Source: Octopus vulgaris
Lineage: Eukaryota
Direction of reading: 5' to 3'
Assembly: GCA_951406725.2 (NCBI GenBank)
Contig: OX597814.1
Span: forward strand, 101,618,001-101,682,000
Length of the DNA stretch: 64,000 bases
Under the pieces are notes generated by a model, which was given only the letters and a program-made list of their open reading frames with translations, was not told the DNA's origin and searched no databases. The first letter of the stretch is position 1; the number at the start of each line of letters is the position of its first letter. A program made the translations under genes and the position numbers. Of this stretch, positions 12,054 through 26,649 are shown piece by piece.

Positions 12054-15001
12054 ATGTACGTGGCATCAACCCATCAATTATTGCCCAAAAATGGAAGATC
12101 CCATATATAGAGAGTTGGCTTGCCGAAATGGCACATTGCTTCCCTTTCTTTATCCTTACCGAGACTCACCTGAACAACACCCATATGGACGCAGAGGTGA
12201 AAATAAAAGATTTCACCATTGTTCGTGCGGATCGCACAGACCGAAATAAGGGAGGGACAGCCATCTTTATCCATGACTCCTTTTCACTTGATGCCAAGGA
12301 CACATTTTCCAATGGCTACTGTGAATCGGTATCAGTATACAACAAAGCCAAGGACATAACCATTGTTGGTCTTTACAGGCCTCCCCAGGCACCTCTAAAG
12401 TACTTTGAAGAGTGCCTTAGCAAAGTCAAGTCCTTCCTTCGGAAGTACCACTCCGGAAACATAATAGTGATGGGTGATTTTAACCTCCCTCATGTGAACT
12501 GGCCCACAAATACTCCGAAGTTGGGCAAGTGCTCTACATCAGATAGGGCAGCAGCAGAACTGCTCTTTAATCTGATGGATGAGTATTTCCTGACTCAGCT
12601 AGTGCTTGAACCAACGAGACAGAATAAAACGATCTTGGATCTGGTACTGACCAATCACTCTAGCTACGTTCACAGCATTTCAGTCGAAAAAACTCTCCTC
12701 TCAGACCACGACATGGTACTCTGCAATCTTAATTCCCGACGTATAAAAACCAAACCAGCCAATCCCACTCCATGGCACCCATTTGACAACATAAATTTCC
12801 ACAAAGCGGACTGGGGAACAATCAGAGAGGATCTGTCTTCCATCGACTGGTCTTTTACTCTCAATTCCCCTCATATTGAGACCGCGTGGCAGCACTTTGA
12901 AACCATTGTCACCGACACATGCTCTAAACACGCTCCCAAGAAATCTACTAACACAAACAGAAACCGGCTCCCTAAAAAGAAAAAAACACTCATCAGGCGC
13001 ATCAAAAGACTCAACAAAAAAATCAACCAATTAAAATATTCCCACACGCAACATCCACATTCAACAACAATGAAAAGACTAGAGCTGGAAAAACTTCATC
13101 TGCAGACTAACATGAAAACCTCCATTGAAAATCAAAGAGCTGTGGAGGAACAATGGGTAATCAAAAACATCAAACAGAACCCAAAAGTGTTCTATTCTTA
13201 TGCAAATAAGCATAGAACCACTGTCTCACCTATTGGGCCATTGATTGATGAAAACAGCATTCCCCAACACGATGCTAAAGAAATGGCAGAAATACTGCAG
13301 AAACAATATTGCTCTGTCTTCAGTGTTCCCACTGATATTGATGTGAGGGAAACGAACGAAGCTGACTCCCAACACAAAATCGCAGACATAACCTTCACTG
13401 CCACCGACATCGTAGCAGCAATAAATGAGGTCAAACATTACTCCGCTGTAGGCCCTGATAGATTTCCCGCCAGTCTCCTGAAGGAATGTAGATATCAACT
13501 TGCAGTCCCTCTGACCAACCTCTGGAGAAACTCGTTAGACGCAGGTTATATACCGAAAAAGTTTCTATCCCAGTCGGTCATCCCGGTTTTCAAACAGGGA
13601 AACAGATCCCTCGCAGTCAACTATCGCCCAATTTCACTCACCTCCCACATCATTAAAGTGTTTGAAAGAGTGTTAAGATCAAGGATAGCTGACTTCCTGG
13701 AGACCCACAAACTCCTAAATTCAAATCAACATGGCTTTCGCTGTGGCAGGGACTGTCTAACACAGCTCTTACACCACATTGAAGATGTACTCAAAGCCTT
13801 GGGAACAGGTTCGAACTCTGACGTCATATACCTTGACTTCAGTAAAGCGTTCGACAGGGTAGACCATAACATCCTACTCTCAAAATTGGCAAATTTTGGA
13901 ATCCGTGGAAAAGTTCTACACTGGATTCAGTATTTCCTAGCGAATAGAACACAACATGTTGTAGTTGATGGAGTCCACTCAAACCCAGCAAAAGTCACCA
14001 GCGGTGTTCCCCAGGGAACTGTTTTGGGTCCGCTACTCTTCATAATTTATGTAAACGACCTTTCCAGTGTCGTACATCACTGCAAAGTGAAAATATTCGC
14101 TGATGACACTAAGCTCCAGCAAATCGTCAATGAAGAAGCAGACCGAACTCAACTCCAGTCTGACCTATATGCTGTGAGTCAATGGGCAGACAGAAACAAA
14201 ATGCAACTGAATGAGGGAAAATTTGAGCTGATGCATTTTGGAAGAAATTCCTCACTAAAACAACCATACTCTCTTCCTTCAGGGGAACCGCTCACAGCCT
14301 CTAACAATATCAGAGACCTGGGTGTAATTGTTGATGACGATCTCAGTTGGAGCGCACACATCAACAAGAAGGTCGATACAGCTCGTAGGATGAGTTCCTG
14401 GATCTTAAGAACTTTCCGGTCCAGAGAACAAGGTGTCATCATACCACTTTTTTCATCCTTTGTACGGCCACACCTTGAATAATGCTGCCCACTGTGGTCT
14501 CCTCACACAAGACAAAACATCTCCAGAATTGAGTCACCCCAGAGGGCTCTCACTAAACAAATTGAAGGCATGGCTGCTCTCGACTATTGGGATCGCCTTA
14601 AAGCCTTGAAACTTTACTCCCTCCAGCGTCGCCGTGAGCGGTACATCATTTGTACGATGTGGAAAATATACCGCCAACTTTGCCCAAACGACCTAAACAT
14701 TAGCTTCAAGGTTCATCCGAGACTTGGACCACGGGCTATACGTCCCCTGCCAAATTCAAGATCACAACATACATGTACACTGCAACATAATTTCTTTTCC
14801 TCAACAGGCCCTGCCCTATTTAACATTGTCCCGAGGGAGATCAAAGAGGAAAATGATCCCATCAACTTCAAACAGAGTCTGGATAGATTCCTTCAAAGAA
14901 TACCAGACAAGCCACCCATAATTGGATACAACTCACCCAACAAGAACTCACTACTTGAACAAAACTGGATACAACTCACCCAACAAGAACTCACTACTTG
15001 A
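11993..15001 (+). pseudogene. LINE ORF2: APE endonuclease + reverse transcriptase, one premature stop
   Basis: EN motifs LTETHL, YRPP, MGDFN, LDLVLTN, SDH; RT motifs NYRPISLTS, QHGFR, YLDFSKAFD, GVPQGTVLGPLLF, FADD. TAA at 14480-14482 falls in RPHLE*CCPLW; the same frame continues open to 15001. Confidence 0.95.
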
Positions 15002-15544
15002 ACAAAACTTGACTTAAACAGGATTCGAATAATCCTATCAGGTGGTGCTATTAAGTTAGACATGGCCTGGACCAATCTCTGGTCGAAACATATCTAAGTT
15101 TTTATGGTAGGTCAATATGTAGTTATAAATGAGACATTTACAAAAACATCCTAAGGCATCTTCGGAGATTACAAATTAGATTACATACATACTTATATAG
15201 GTGTGGGTACATGCCTATAATAAAACATATACATATACATATGAGTGCATATACTCATGGAAGATATGCGGACACGTTAAATAAGTATGCAAGTTAAAAG
15301 TATATATGTATGTAGACATATGCATGTCCATGTAAATATGTATATGTATATACACATGCATACCTGTACACGCACGAGCACACAAACATACGCACGCACA
15401 CGTGCTGGCACCCACACACTAACACACACACGCACATATATATATATATATTATATATATATATATATGTGTGGGGTGGGGAAGACGCATACACACGCAT
15501 ACATACATACATATATATACATACAGTCACAATTTTACACGCGT

Positions 15545-15739
15545 GCCACAGTTAGAGGACAATGAAAAAGAGGAAGCAGGCAAAGAAAATCTTGGTTTGA
15601 TAACATCAAGGTCTGGACAGTCACAACATCTTGACCCTTCTTGTGATAAAGTTTTGCGACGAATGCAAACTGTCAGCGTACCAAGAATGGTACTCGTACG
15701 GTTGGCTCAGCCAACTCTCGGAAAGACAATGATGAGGGA

Positions 15740-15742
<3 letters not shown>
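15545..15742 (+). mobile_element. Short decayed LINE (RTE-like) 3' fragment
   Basis: Reads like G..KRG.Q...WFDNIKVW, the RTE C-terminal motif, and ends in gatgatga. Confidence 0.4.
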
Positions 15743-15809
<67 letters not shown>

Positions 15810-16063
15810 TTAAGATCAAAGGTGTTCTAACACTTAAAATAGCGTTTTTGCTATATATTTTGTAAGACGATGGGGTGCTGCTTGTGAGAAATTTGGTTGT
15901 TATTTTTAGCAAGTCAAGTTACTGTGCAGAGGTTTTCACGATGTGTAGAGAAACATCGACATCTCGCCCGGTTGGGATCAGTTTCACCTGTGTAGCAGTC
16001 ATTGTAAGGATTTGACTGCCTTTGTTTTTGTGTAGCTTTTAAATGTTGATAAATATTTAGTGC

Positions 16064-16449
16064 TCTTTTACGCTTTTACTCTTTTACACGTTTCAGTCAT
16101 TTGACTGCGGCCATGCTGGAGCACCGCCTTTAGTCTAAAAATATCGATCATAGGACTTATTCTATCGATCTCTTTTGCCGAACCGTCAAGTTTCCGGGAC
16201 ATAAACACACCAACATCGGTTGCCAAGTGATGGTGAGCGGACAAACACAGACACAAAGACACACGCATAAATATATACAGATATATACATACGACGGGTT
16301 TCTTTTAGTTTCCATCTACAAAATACACTCACAAGGCTTTGGTCGGCCCGAGGCTATGGTAGAAGACACTTGCCTAAGGTGCCACGCAGTCGGACTGAAC
16401 CCGGAACCATGTGGTTTGGAAGCAAGCTTCTTACCACATAGCCACGCCT
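16064..16449 (-). mobile_element. SINE family A, full length
   Basis: High similarity to the copies at 21450 and 26245. Confidence 0.9.
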
Positions 16450-16739
16450 AATGTTGTAATCCTGTTTTTTTTATCTTTCGTTAGGAAGGAATGCAGTGCC
16501 CATGATACTTTGCAATTCTTCAGAACATGGTAGAAGAGAGAAACATCTCTACAAACTGGAGACCTGATCCGTTCTCTTGCAACAGAGTAGACTTCATGGA
16601 CGTTATACAAGATGCCAGGTTAATGACTTAAACCGAGAGATGGATTAAGTTTGTTCTATAAAAATCTTTTCTGGTTTTCTCTTCGCTTCTGATGTTGTCT
16701 ATTACTCATCTCATCTTCCTTCAATATATGTATAAGTAA

Positions 16740-17143
16740 AAGGGCAGCGAGTCGGCAGAATCGTTAGCACGCCGGGCGAAATGCTCAGCAGTATTTCGTC
16801 TGCGGCTACGTTCTGAGTTCAAATTCCGCCGAGGTTGACTTTGCCTTTCATACTTTCGGGGTCGATTAAATAAGTACCAGTTACGCACTAGAGTCGATAT
16901 AATCGACTTAATCCGTTTGTCTGTCCTTGTTTGTCCCCTCTATGTTTAGCCCCTTGTGGGTAGTAAAGAAATAGGTATTTATGAGTTCAAATTCCGCCGA
17001 GGTTGACTGTACCTTTCATCTTTTCGGGGTCGATTAAATAATTACCAGTTACGCACTGGAGTTGATGTAATCAGGTTTATCCCTTCGTCTGTCCTTGTTT
17101 GTCCCCTTTCTGTTTAGCCCCTTGTGGGCAATAAAGAAATAAA
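16740..17143 (+). mobile_element. SINE family B, head plus two tandem units
   Basis: Box A-like ggcagaatcgttag, box B gagttcaaattcc; the body repeats after gaaatag|gtattt. Confidence 0.9.
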
Positions 17144-17316
17144 AATATGTATAAGTAAATCTGATCTGATTCGCTTGATTTTTGTATTATACAAATTTCG
17201 GCATACTTTTTAAATTCCACGGCGCCTTCTATATATTGGCTGAAATTTGTAACAATTTTAGCCGCGTTTTAGCACTGGGTATTGTTCCTTCTAAACATGT
17301 AAAATTGATGCATATA

Positions 17317-17925
<609 letters not shown>

Positions 17926-18647
17926 TAGAGAAGATGGCTGATAGTTAGCATGTTGAATTTATATTTCATTCTGCAGATTTAATTGAAGGAGAGCTAGGCA
18001 AAAGAGGCGAGAGAATAATGACTCAACCCGGAAGATTCCTCCGTTTGTAAGTATAAATCTGCATTTAATTATTTTCACTCCGTATTCTACTGACGCGTTT
18101 GTTTTCATTTAGGAATGGCATGATTGATTTCCTATATTTAGTACTGAGCCTGCTTTAAATAAGGCGAGCGTTTCCTGAATACACTAGTGTGGTATACTAT
18201 AAACTATCAAATGTTTTTCTTATTAAAGTTATCGTTTTTGCTCGCTATTTTTAGATCAACAAAGACAAAAAAGAAAACAAACCCATGATAACTTAGATTT
18301 GTCTGAGATCATGCTAAAGTTTTACCCCCAGCTTTTTATTGCCTTCTAAAATAGCCCTGTCCAACTGTGTTGTTCTATATAACGGTACATCATTTCTGAT
18401 ATAAATCTACACCCTACTTAATATACCGCTGCTTCCCAAGTGGGTAAGCAACATTTTGTAGAGTATTGATGTTTGGGGTATTATATATTGTTGGCAAACA
18501 GGTTTTAGTCCTGAAGACTTCGAGGTGTTTGTTTTGCCTACCAACGGTTATTCAGAGGAATAGATTCAAGCTTGCGCACAAGTTCATTGCTTGCTTCCCA
18601 TCAGACACACAAGGGTGACAGCCAGGTACTGAAGTAAATTAGTGGCT

Positions 18648-19011
<364 letters not shown>

Positions 19012-19984
19012 AGCAATGTGACAGATTAGTTTCTTACGATTAGGCCAAAAGTTGAAAATAACCTAAGAAAAACTGGAAACTTGGACATGAGTATTAAACA
19101 CAGCCGGCATATGACCAGTTCAACAATGCCGCATCAAGAGTATTTTTTTAAACCAAACGGTTAAGCCTATCACTAAATTCTCTTCAACATGTGGTATTAC
19201 TTGTCCATAGAGACCTATTCCACCAATTTATGTGTTTTAAGTGAACTTTAATACAAATATTTATTCAGGAATTATTATGTAGGTTGGTAAGCATAAATGA
19301 AATATGGATACTTTTGAAGAAGAATTTAGACGCAGTTAGAAGTCTTAAAGTGCCAGCTTTTCGGTACATATGAGGAAATTAAATACAATTATAACACCCA
19401 CTGACATGGACACACACACACACACACTGACTCATACACCCGCTATGGGTGTATACATATATATGTATATCATATATATATATGTATGTAAGTATGTATA
19501 TATAAATATATACGTATACATGCACATGCAAAGATATATACATATCTACAAGTATGTAAGTATGTATGCAAGCTTGTATATGTGTGTGTACATATGTATG
19601 TTTATATATATATATATGCATATATATATATGCATGTATATATTATATATATGTGTGTGTGGTGGCGGCGAGAGAGAAAGGGAGAGAGAGAAGGTTTTGT
19701 ACCCTGGTGTGCTAACTGTGTATTAAAGTTGTATATATGGCTGTGAGTGAATGTGTAATGGTTGTGCTCGTGTGGGAAGTTCTAGAAGGACTGGTATTTA
19801 TGTGTGATACAGCGTGTAAATATGCAAGGATGTATGTAATTATTTTACGACTGTACTTATTCGATCAGCGTTTACGTTTAGTTAATGTATGAAATAATAA
19901 ATATACTTACACAAACACTTTCCATACATACACACGCGCATACGCACGTAATATAATTACCGCATGTTTGTGTATTCATTACAC

Positions 19985-20042
19985 AAATATACACGTATAT
20001 GCATATACACATATACGCATATGTATATATATATATACGTAT

Positions 20043-20112
<70 letters not shown>

Positions 20113-20144
20113 TGACAGGCAGACAGACAGACAGGCAGACAGAC

Positions 20145-20234
<90 letters not shown>

Positions 20235-20256
20235 GCAGACAGACAGACAGACAGAC

Positions 20257-20315
<59 letters not shown>

Positions 20316-20592
20316 CAGAGAGACAGAAAGACAGATAGATAGATTTACTGATATTTATTTGTTTATATATATATACATATATATATGCAAACACACACAC
20401 ATATCTATATATATACACACATGCCTATGTATGTATATATGTATTCCGTATGTATGTATGTATGTATCCGTATGTATGTATGTATGTATGTATGTATGTA
20501 TGTATGTATGTATGTATGTATGTATGTATGCATGCATGCATGTATGTATGTATGTACGTATGTATGTATGTATATATGTATGCAGGTATGTA
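19985..20592. repeat. (GATA/GACA)n and (TATG)n microsatellite
   Basis: Direct inspection. Confidence 0.95.
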
Positions 20593-21206
20593 TGAGGAGA
20601 AATGTGAGTGACATTAATACCCTCTCTCATATATGTTTGGCTTGTTCTCTGTATGTACGTATGTATATTCATACATATTCATACATATTCATGTATGTTG
20701 GTAATTAATGGTTTCATCAAGTGATTTGATCTAAATGTTTGTACACGGTTTAATGTTAATACGAACGTGTCAGAGATTATGGGTATGCACGTGGTTTAGG
20801 AGTGCCGCTGGGAAGTACTGACAGAAACTTCTTCAAGTGTCAATTGGTTACAGATGAGCCAGTCTTTCAGTACTTATTTACCAATTAAAACCGTCAATAG
20901 CTTAGTGAGACATCTTGTACGACGTTTTCACCACCAGTTCTGCATTTGAAACATATGTAAGGACAAACCGTTTGGTTATTTTTAGTTTCATAGATATATG
21001 CATGTGTGTGTGCGTGCGTGTGTGTGTGTGTCGTTTCTTTAGTGTAACAGTGACCCTTGTTTGGTAGTGGGATGTGATTTAACTGCTTTATTTATTGACC
21101 GGCTGCTAAGTAAATAAACTCTGGGACCCGCTGTTGAAACCTTCGAGGAACTGTTAGCATTTAGGGAGAGAGAGTGGGGTGTGGAAGGTAGTCCATTTCA
21201 TATGTA

Positions 21207-21283
<77 letters not shown>

Positions 21284-21449
21284 ATTTAGGTATGTATGTA
21301 TATGTATATTCGTTTCTTTGGTGTAATAGTGACCCTTGTTTGGTAGTAGGATATGATCTCACCATCTCCTTTTCTCTATCTATCTCTCTATCTATCTCTC
21401 TCTCTCTCTCTCTGTCTCTCCTTCTCCCTCTTTATATATATTCCTTTAT

Positions 21450-21848
21450 TCTTTTACTTATTTCAGTAATTTGACTGCGGCCATACTGAGCACCGCCTTT
21501 AAATCGATCCCGAGGACTTATTCTTTGTAAGCCTAGTACTTATTCTATCGGTGTCTTTTGCCGAACCGCTATGTTACGGGGACGTAAACACACCAACGTT
21601 GGTTGTCAAGCGATAGTGGGGTGGGACAAACACAGACACACAAATACATACATACATATGTATATATTTACATTTATATATACACGATGGGCTTCTTTCA
21701 GTTTCCGTCTACCAAATCCACTCACAAAGTTTTGGTCGATCCGAGGCTACAGTAGAAGACACTTCCCCAGGTGCCACGCAGTGGGACTGAATCTGGAACC
21801 ATGTCGTTGGGAAGCAAGCTTTTTTACCACGCAGTCACACCTGCGCCT
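21450..21848 (-). mobile_element. SINE family A, full length
   Basis: Collinear with the other family A copies. Confidence 0.9.
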
Positions 21849-21851
21849 AAA

Positions 21852-21918
<67 letters not shown>

Positions 21919-22358
21919 TGAGAGAGAGAGAGAGAGAGAGAAAGAGATTCAGATGAGTTAATGAAGGTTTTTAAACGTGGTTGCTGCAGATATTAGAAAT
22001 AGCAAACAAATTTACCTCAGATTATACCCCCATAGTCTTCAGTGAGGAAGATACATTTTGGATGATACTTGGAACAACCTTAAATATGAGGGATGGTCAC
22101 GACCGGAATGATTTTAACCAGGGCTCTTTCCGTTCACCGCTTACGCCTACACACATACATAATGCATACATACACATGTATGCATATATTCATGCATGCA
22201 CACACGCACACACACACACACACACAACTGAATACATTGAAGAGCATATATACGTGTGTAGTCATATTTCTAAAGGGTTCCGTGGAGTGAAGTCCCTAGA
22301 AACCGTGAAACCTACTTGAAATGTCGTCTTATTCGCATGACCAAAACGTTAGATTTAA

Positions 22359-23190
22359 TAGGTGGCGGACGTAAGATATTTGAGGACAGATTTATGTTTA
22401 TAAAAATAAAATAGATATAATAAAAGATAACTTTATTCATCAAAAATGCTACGAGGATAAAAATAAACCTTCTATTCTATAATCTTATTCAATAAAGCCA
22501 CTTTCATATTCAACAACTGCTTCTATATGCGATCTAAATCTTCTACATGCTGGAATCAAGTGTTCCTGGTTCATTTTGGACATTACTCTGACTATGGCAG
22601 CTTTCAAAGAATAGTTGGTGTTATGGGCGTGTTCATTGACCTCTCTCTCTCAATATCGCCCCACATGTATTAGTCCAAAGGATTGAGACCTGGGGAATTA
22701 GGAGGTCAAATGTTAGGGATTGCGTGATCATGAAATTTTTCAGCCATCAATTTCTGTGTTACTAGAACCATGTGTGATAGTGCAGCGTCTTTCTGAAACA
22801 CATATGGCCTTCCATTGCATACACTGTCTATCCAGGGCTTAACAATTATTTCCAGGACCTCAATGTAGGGGACAGAGTTAACTTCAACTCTAAGGCCTTG
22901 TGGAAAGAAATAAGGAAGCATCACATGTCCTTCATTGCTGACAATCCTTAAAACCATGACAGCTGCAGGAAATTTTGTATGCATAACACTTGGAACTTCT
23001 GAGGGGTCTGCGCATAACCATCATTCATTTCTTCTGTTAACTTTCTGATTTTGGTCGAAATTTTTCTCGTTTGAGAAAAACCAAATCAAATCTTCTGCTG
23101 GATTTTTCAGTTTGTTTAAGAGCCTTTTAGATCTGATGTAATGATTTTCTTTTGCTTTTAGTGAGGAATTGACCTTTCCTCATCAGATCG
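22359..23190 (-). mobile_element. Tc1/mariner DD37D (maT-type) transposase remnant
   Basis: WFFSNEKNF..TKFPAAVMV..YVFQKDAALSH..*PPNSPGLNPLD; 37 codons between the second and third catalytic D (counted manually). Confidence 0.85.
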
Positions 23191-24729
23191 ACCAAAACTT
23201 ATGAAACAAGAGACAGATGGATTATACTGTAATTCAAAGGTCCAGTCTTGTCCCAGTTAATGGGTAAATTCCGACGCTTTAACGTTTTTACCAAATCTTT
23301 TTAACTTTAATTTTCAAAGTGGTCTCTTAGTTCATACGACACATTACAATATGGTTGTAAAACTTTTCATGGTTGTACATACATATTTGTATAAAATCGA
23401 TGGTGATGTAAAAGTGTTGTACAATATATTAAGATGGATAAATAAATATATAATAAATATTGCTAGTTAAATGCATAGTACAAATACAAAGGTTCTTACT
23501 ATTACATGAAATCGCTACATATTTAAAGTCTTGGTACATGCGACCCTAAGAACGTTTCAAGTGTTGCACTGGAAAATGAATATTTTCGGTGTAGGTCATG
23601 GCGAGACTCCTTTCGCCTCTACTTGATAGTTACAGTTTAGATATACATAGACATTAGTTTGGTTTTCATCAACTGTCTATCATCCAAATGTTCTCCAGAA
23701 TTGCGTAGTAGGACGTCTGTCATCCTCTTTTCCTCTTTATATCTCCTCCCCCTCCATCTCTCTCACCCTCTCTCTCTCTCTCTCACACTCACTCTCAGTC
23801 AGGACCTGTATCTCGTTACTATCGTTACAGAATATGCACGGCTACATGTAGTTAATTATCTTTTAGGGGCTCTCTAATTGTTCTGTACAAAAGATATAAC
23901 AACGGACACCGTTCGTACCTATGTCTCATACTTTGACTATTGTCCTGCGTGCAAGCCAAGCGCATTTAGAACCACAAATACTGTAAAACAGTCAGTGAGC
24001 AAGCGAGTAGACAACTAGCTTTGCCTGCCACGTCCACAGACAAATAGATAGACAAACATTACAGAAACTGATCTACTTCTCTCTGAAAGAAAATTACTAC
24101 GAAATGGTGGTTTTTCAGACGATGTATCACATCTGTGATGTGCGTGAAGATGTGGTGATACTGGAATTACTTGGTGGTGTTTCTTGTTAGTTTATACGTC
24201 TGTCATCCTCTTTTTCTCTTTATATCTCCTCTCTCTCTCCCTCCCTCCCTCTCTCTCACACACTCACTCTCAGTCAGTCCGTCAATCATTCTTCTATTCC
24301 CCCGGTCTTTCTTTCCTCACGCTTTACTAGATGGACATATCAATCTATCAGCCTGATTTACGCCTTCAGCACTTTTTGTATATTTCTTTTCACCTGTACT
24401 TTAAGACGCTTAATTACATCCGCTAAAGGACGTGATTCTACAGCCAATAACAAGCAGAGAAGAGTTAAACATAAGAAGAATACGCTGCTAAAGCGATTTG
24501 TGCTTAAACCGTGTTTTACTTTTTACACATCTGTCAACATACCACAGAGTTTGGGTAGCTGTTAGAGAGTTCTACGTCAAATGAATTCCATTAAGCTGCG
24601 TAACACATGTGATTGTGTGTTTTGTTGTGATTGTGGTGGTTGTAGTGGTTGTTAGGGGGACTTAACTAACTTATCTATGTTTCTGATAATCTATCTCTAT
24701 ATTCAACTATCTGTATCTTTTTGACTATC

Positions 24730-24801
<72 letters not shown>

Positions 24802-24805
24802 AATA

Positions 24806-24874
<69 letters not shown>

Positions 24875-25261
24875 TTATCTGTATATATATATGTGTGTGT
24901 GTTTGTATACAAACATACAATCAATCATACATATATAGACACGTACATATATAATATATTATATATATATATAACTGTGTGTATGTGTGTGTTGGAATGT
25001 AAATAGACTTGCTTGTAGATATATATATAAATTCTGTGAGAAGTATATAAATATGAAGGGGATCAAGAAGTGGTATTCGTCAACTTTTAGGCATTATATG
25101 ATGTCTATTTATTTATTTTTTAAAAGAACAATTATAACAATATACATACATGTATAACATATTATGCTTTACATATATAAAAATACCCGTAATTATTAAA
25201 ATATATAACATAGAACATAGAAAGTAATATATATCTATATATATATGTATGTATATATAAA

Positions 25262-25765
25262 CTTAGATAAAATTTAGATATGTTTCGACCAGAGATTGGT
25301 CCAGGCCATGTCTAACTTAATAGCACCACCTGATAGGATTATCTAATTCCTTTTTAAGTCAAGTTTTGTTTATGGTCCATTCAAGTAGTGAGTTCTTGCT
25401 GAGTGCGTTGTAACCAGGTATGGGTAGCTTGTCTGGTATTCCTTGAAGAAATCTGTCCAGACTCCGTTTAAACGTGATGGGATCCTTTTCCTCCCAGCCG
25501 TGGATGAACCTTGAAACTAATGTTCAGGTCGTTTGGGCAATGCTGGCGTTATATTCTCCACATTGTACAAATGATGTACCGCTCGCGGTGGCGCTGGAGG
25601 GAGTAGAGTTTCAAAGCTTTAAGGCAGTCCCAGTAATCGAGATCAGTCATGCCTTAAATTCGTTTAGTGAGTGCCCTCTGGGGTGAGTCAATTTTCAAGA
25701 TGTTTTGCTTTGTATGGGAAGACCACAAGGGGAGGCAGTATTCGAGGTGTGGCTGTACAAAGGTG
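25262..25765 (-). mobile_element. CR1/L2 LINE 3' fragment, same family as 11841-15100, internally deleted
   Basis: 3' UTR nearly identical (gtttcgaccagagattggtccaggccatgtctaacttaatagcaccacctgatagg); encodes PHLEYCLPLWS. Confidence 0.9.
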
Positions 25766-25769
25766 TGGA

Positions 25770-26237
25770 CTGAGCTGAACGGTAACTAATCTGCACATCC
25801 TCTGATAACTCACGGATGGTGATTCGACGATTTCCCTTCACAGCACATCTGCGGTGTTTTTCTCAGCTTCGCTGGTTACGAGTCTCCCACAGTGTTCGTC
25901 ACTAGTGACAATTTTCGGCCATCTAGGAAACGGTTAAAGCACTTGTACACTTGTGTGCGGCTCATACACTTCTCTCCATACACTTTCTGAAACTTTGCTT
26001 TGGCCTCTGAGCTGGTATCGCTATCACGACTTTCTCTGTAATGGTCAATGCGACGATCCCAGGCTACACTCCTTCATTCCAATTATTACTCTAAACAACG
26101 GAAGTAAGCTAGAACGTTAAAACTTAGTGCGCATGCACAGCAGAGATTAAAGTCAATATTTGCCAAGCAGCCTCACTTTGCATGCTTTAGCTTCGTTACT
26201 ATGGCAATAGTCCGGATACTTATCGATCAAATTTCGT
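25770..26237 (-). mobile_element. Mariner element, 5' part
   Basis: TIR and 5' UTR match 46095-46200; encodes the HTH region ..KGNRRITIRELSEDVQISY. Confidence 0.8.
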
Positions 26238-26244
26238 TTATATA

Positions 26245-26648
26245 TGTGGCTGTGTGGTAAGTTACTTGCTTACCAATCACAAAGTTCCGGGTTCATTCCC
26301 GCTGCGTAGCACCTTGAGCAAGTGTCTTCTACTATAGACTCGGGTCGACCAAAGCCTTATGAGTGGATTTGGTACACGGAAACCGAAAGAAGCCCGTCGT
26401 ATATATGTATATATGTATATGTGTGTGTGTTTATGTTTGTGTGTCTGTGTTTGTCCCTCCCCCAACATCCCTTGACAACCGATGCTGGTGTGTTTACGTC
26501 CCCGTGAATTAGCGTTTCGGCAAAATAGACCGATAGAATAAGTACTAGGCTTACAAAGAATAAGTCCTGGGGTCGATTTGCTCGACTAAAGGCGGTGCTC
26601 CAGCATGACCACAGTCAAATGACTGAAACAAGTACAAGAGTAAAAGAG
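26245..26648 (+). mobile_element. SINE family A, full length
   Basis: Box A tggctgtgtggtaag, box B ggttcattccc, CORE-like accttgagcaagtg, tail ggcggtgctccagcatgaccacagtcaaatgactgaaacaagta. Confidence 0.92.
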
Positions 26649-26649
26649 T

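Larger units (their letters stand above)
11841..15100 (+). mobile_element. CR1/L2-group LINE, 5'-truncated, young
   Basis: Probable ORF1 tail, EN-RT ORF2 and a short 3' UTR ending ggtggtgct..catggcctggaccaatctctggtcgaaacatatctaag. The same 3' end occurs at 25262 (-). Confidence 0.93.
11788..15169 (-). ncRNA. Degenerate type I hammerhead-like motif (Penelope-associated type) split by the LINE
   Basis: Removing the LINE gives minus-strand atct-CCGAAGA-tgcc..long hairpin..ggcc-GAAAC-agct-GTA-agat. Two deviations from consensus. Confidence 0.3.

Noticed and set aside
18017-18130. SECIS-like hairpin ATGAC-tcaacccgg-AA..ccgttt|ga formed across the splice junction
   Set aside because: Only 9 nt separate the quartet and AA, and the 3' GA is not positioned for the G.A quartet. 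Not canonical.
18605-18625. 21-nt micro-exon candidate (cccatcAG|..ccag|GTACTG) extending the exon chain
   Set aside because: Such short AG..GT pairs arise by chance; no independent support.
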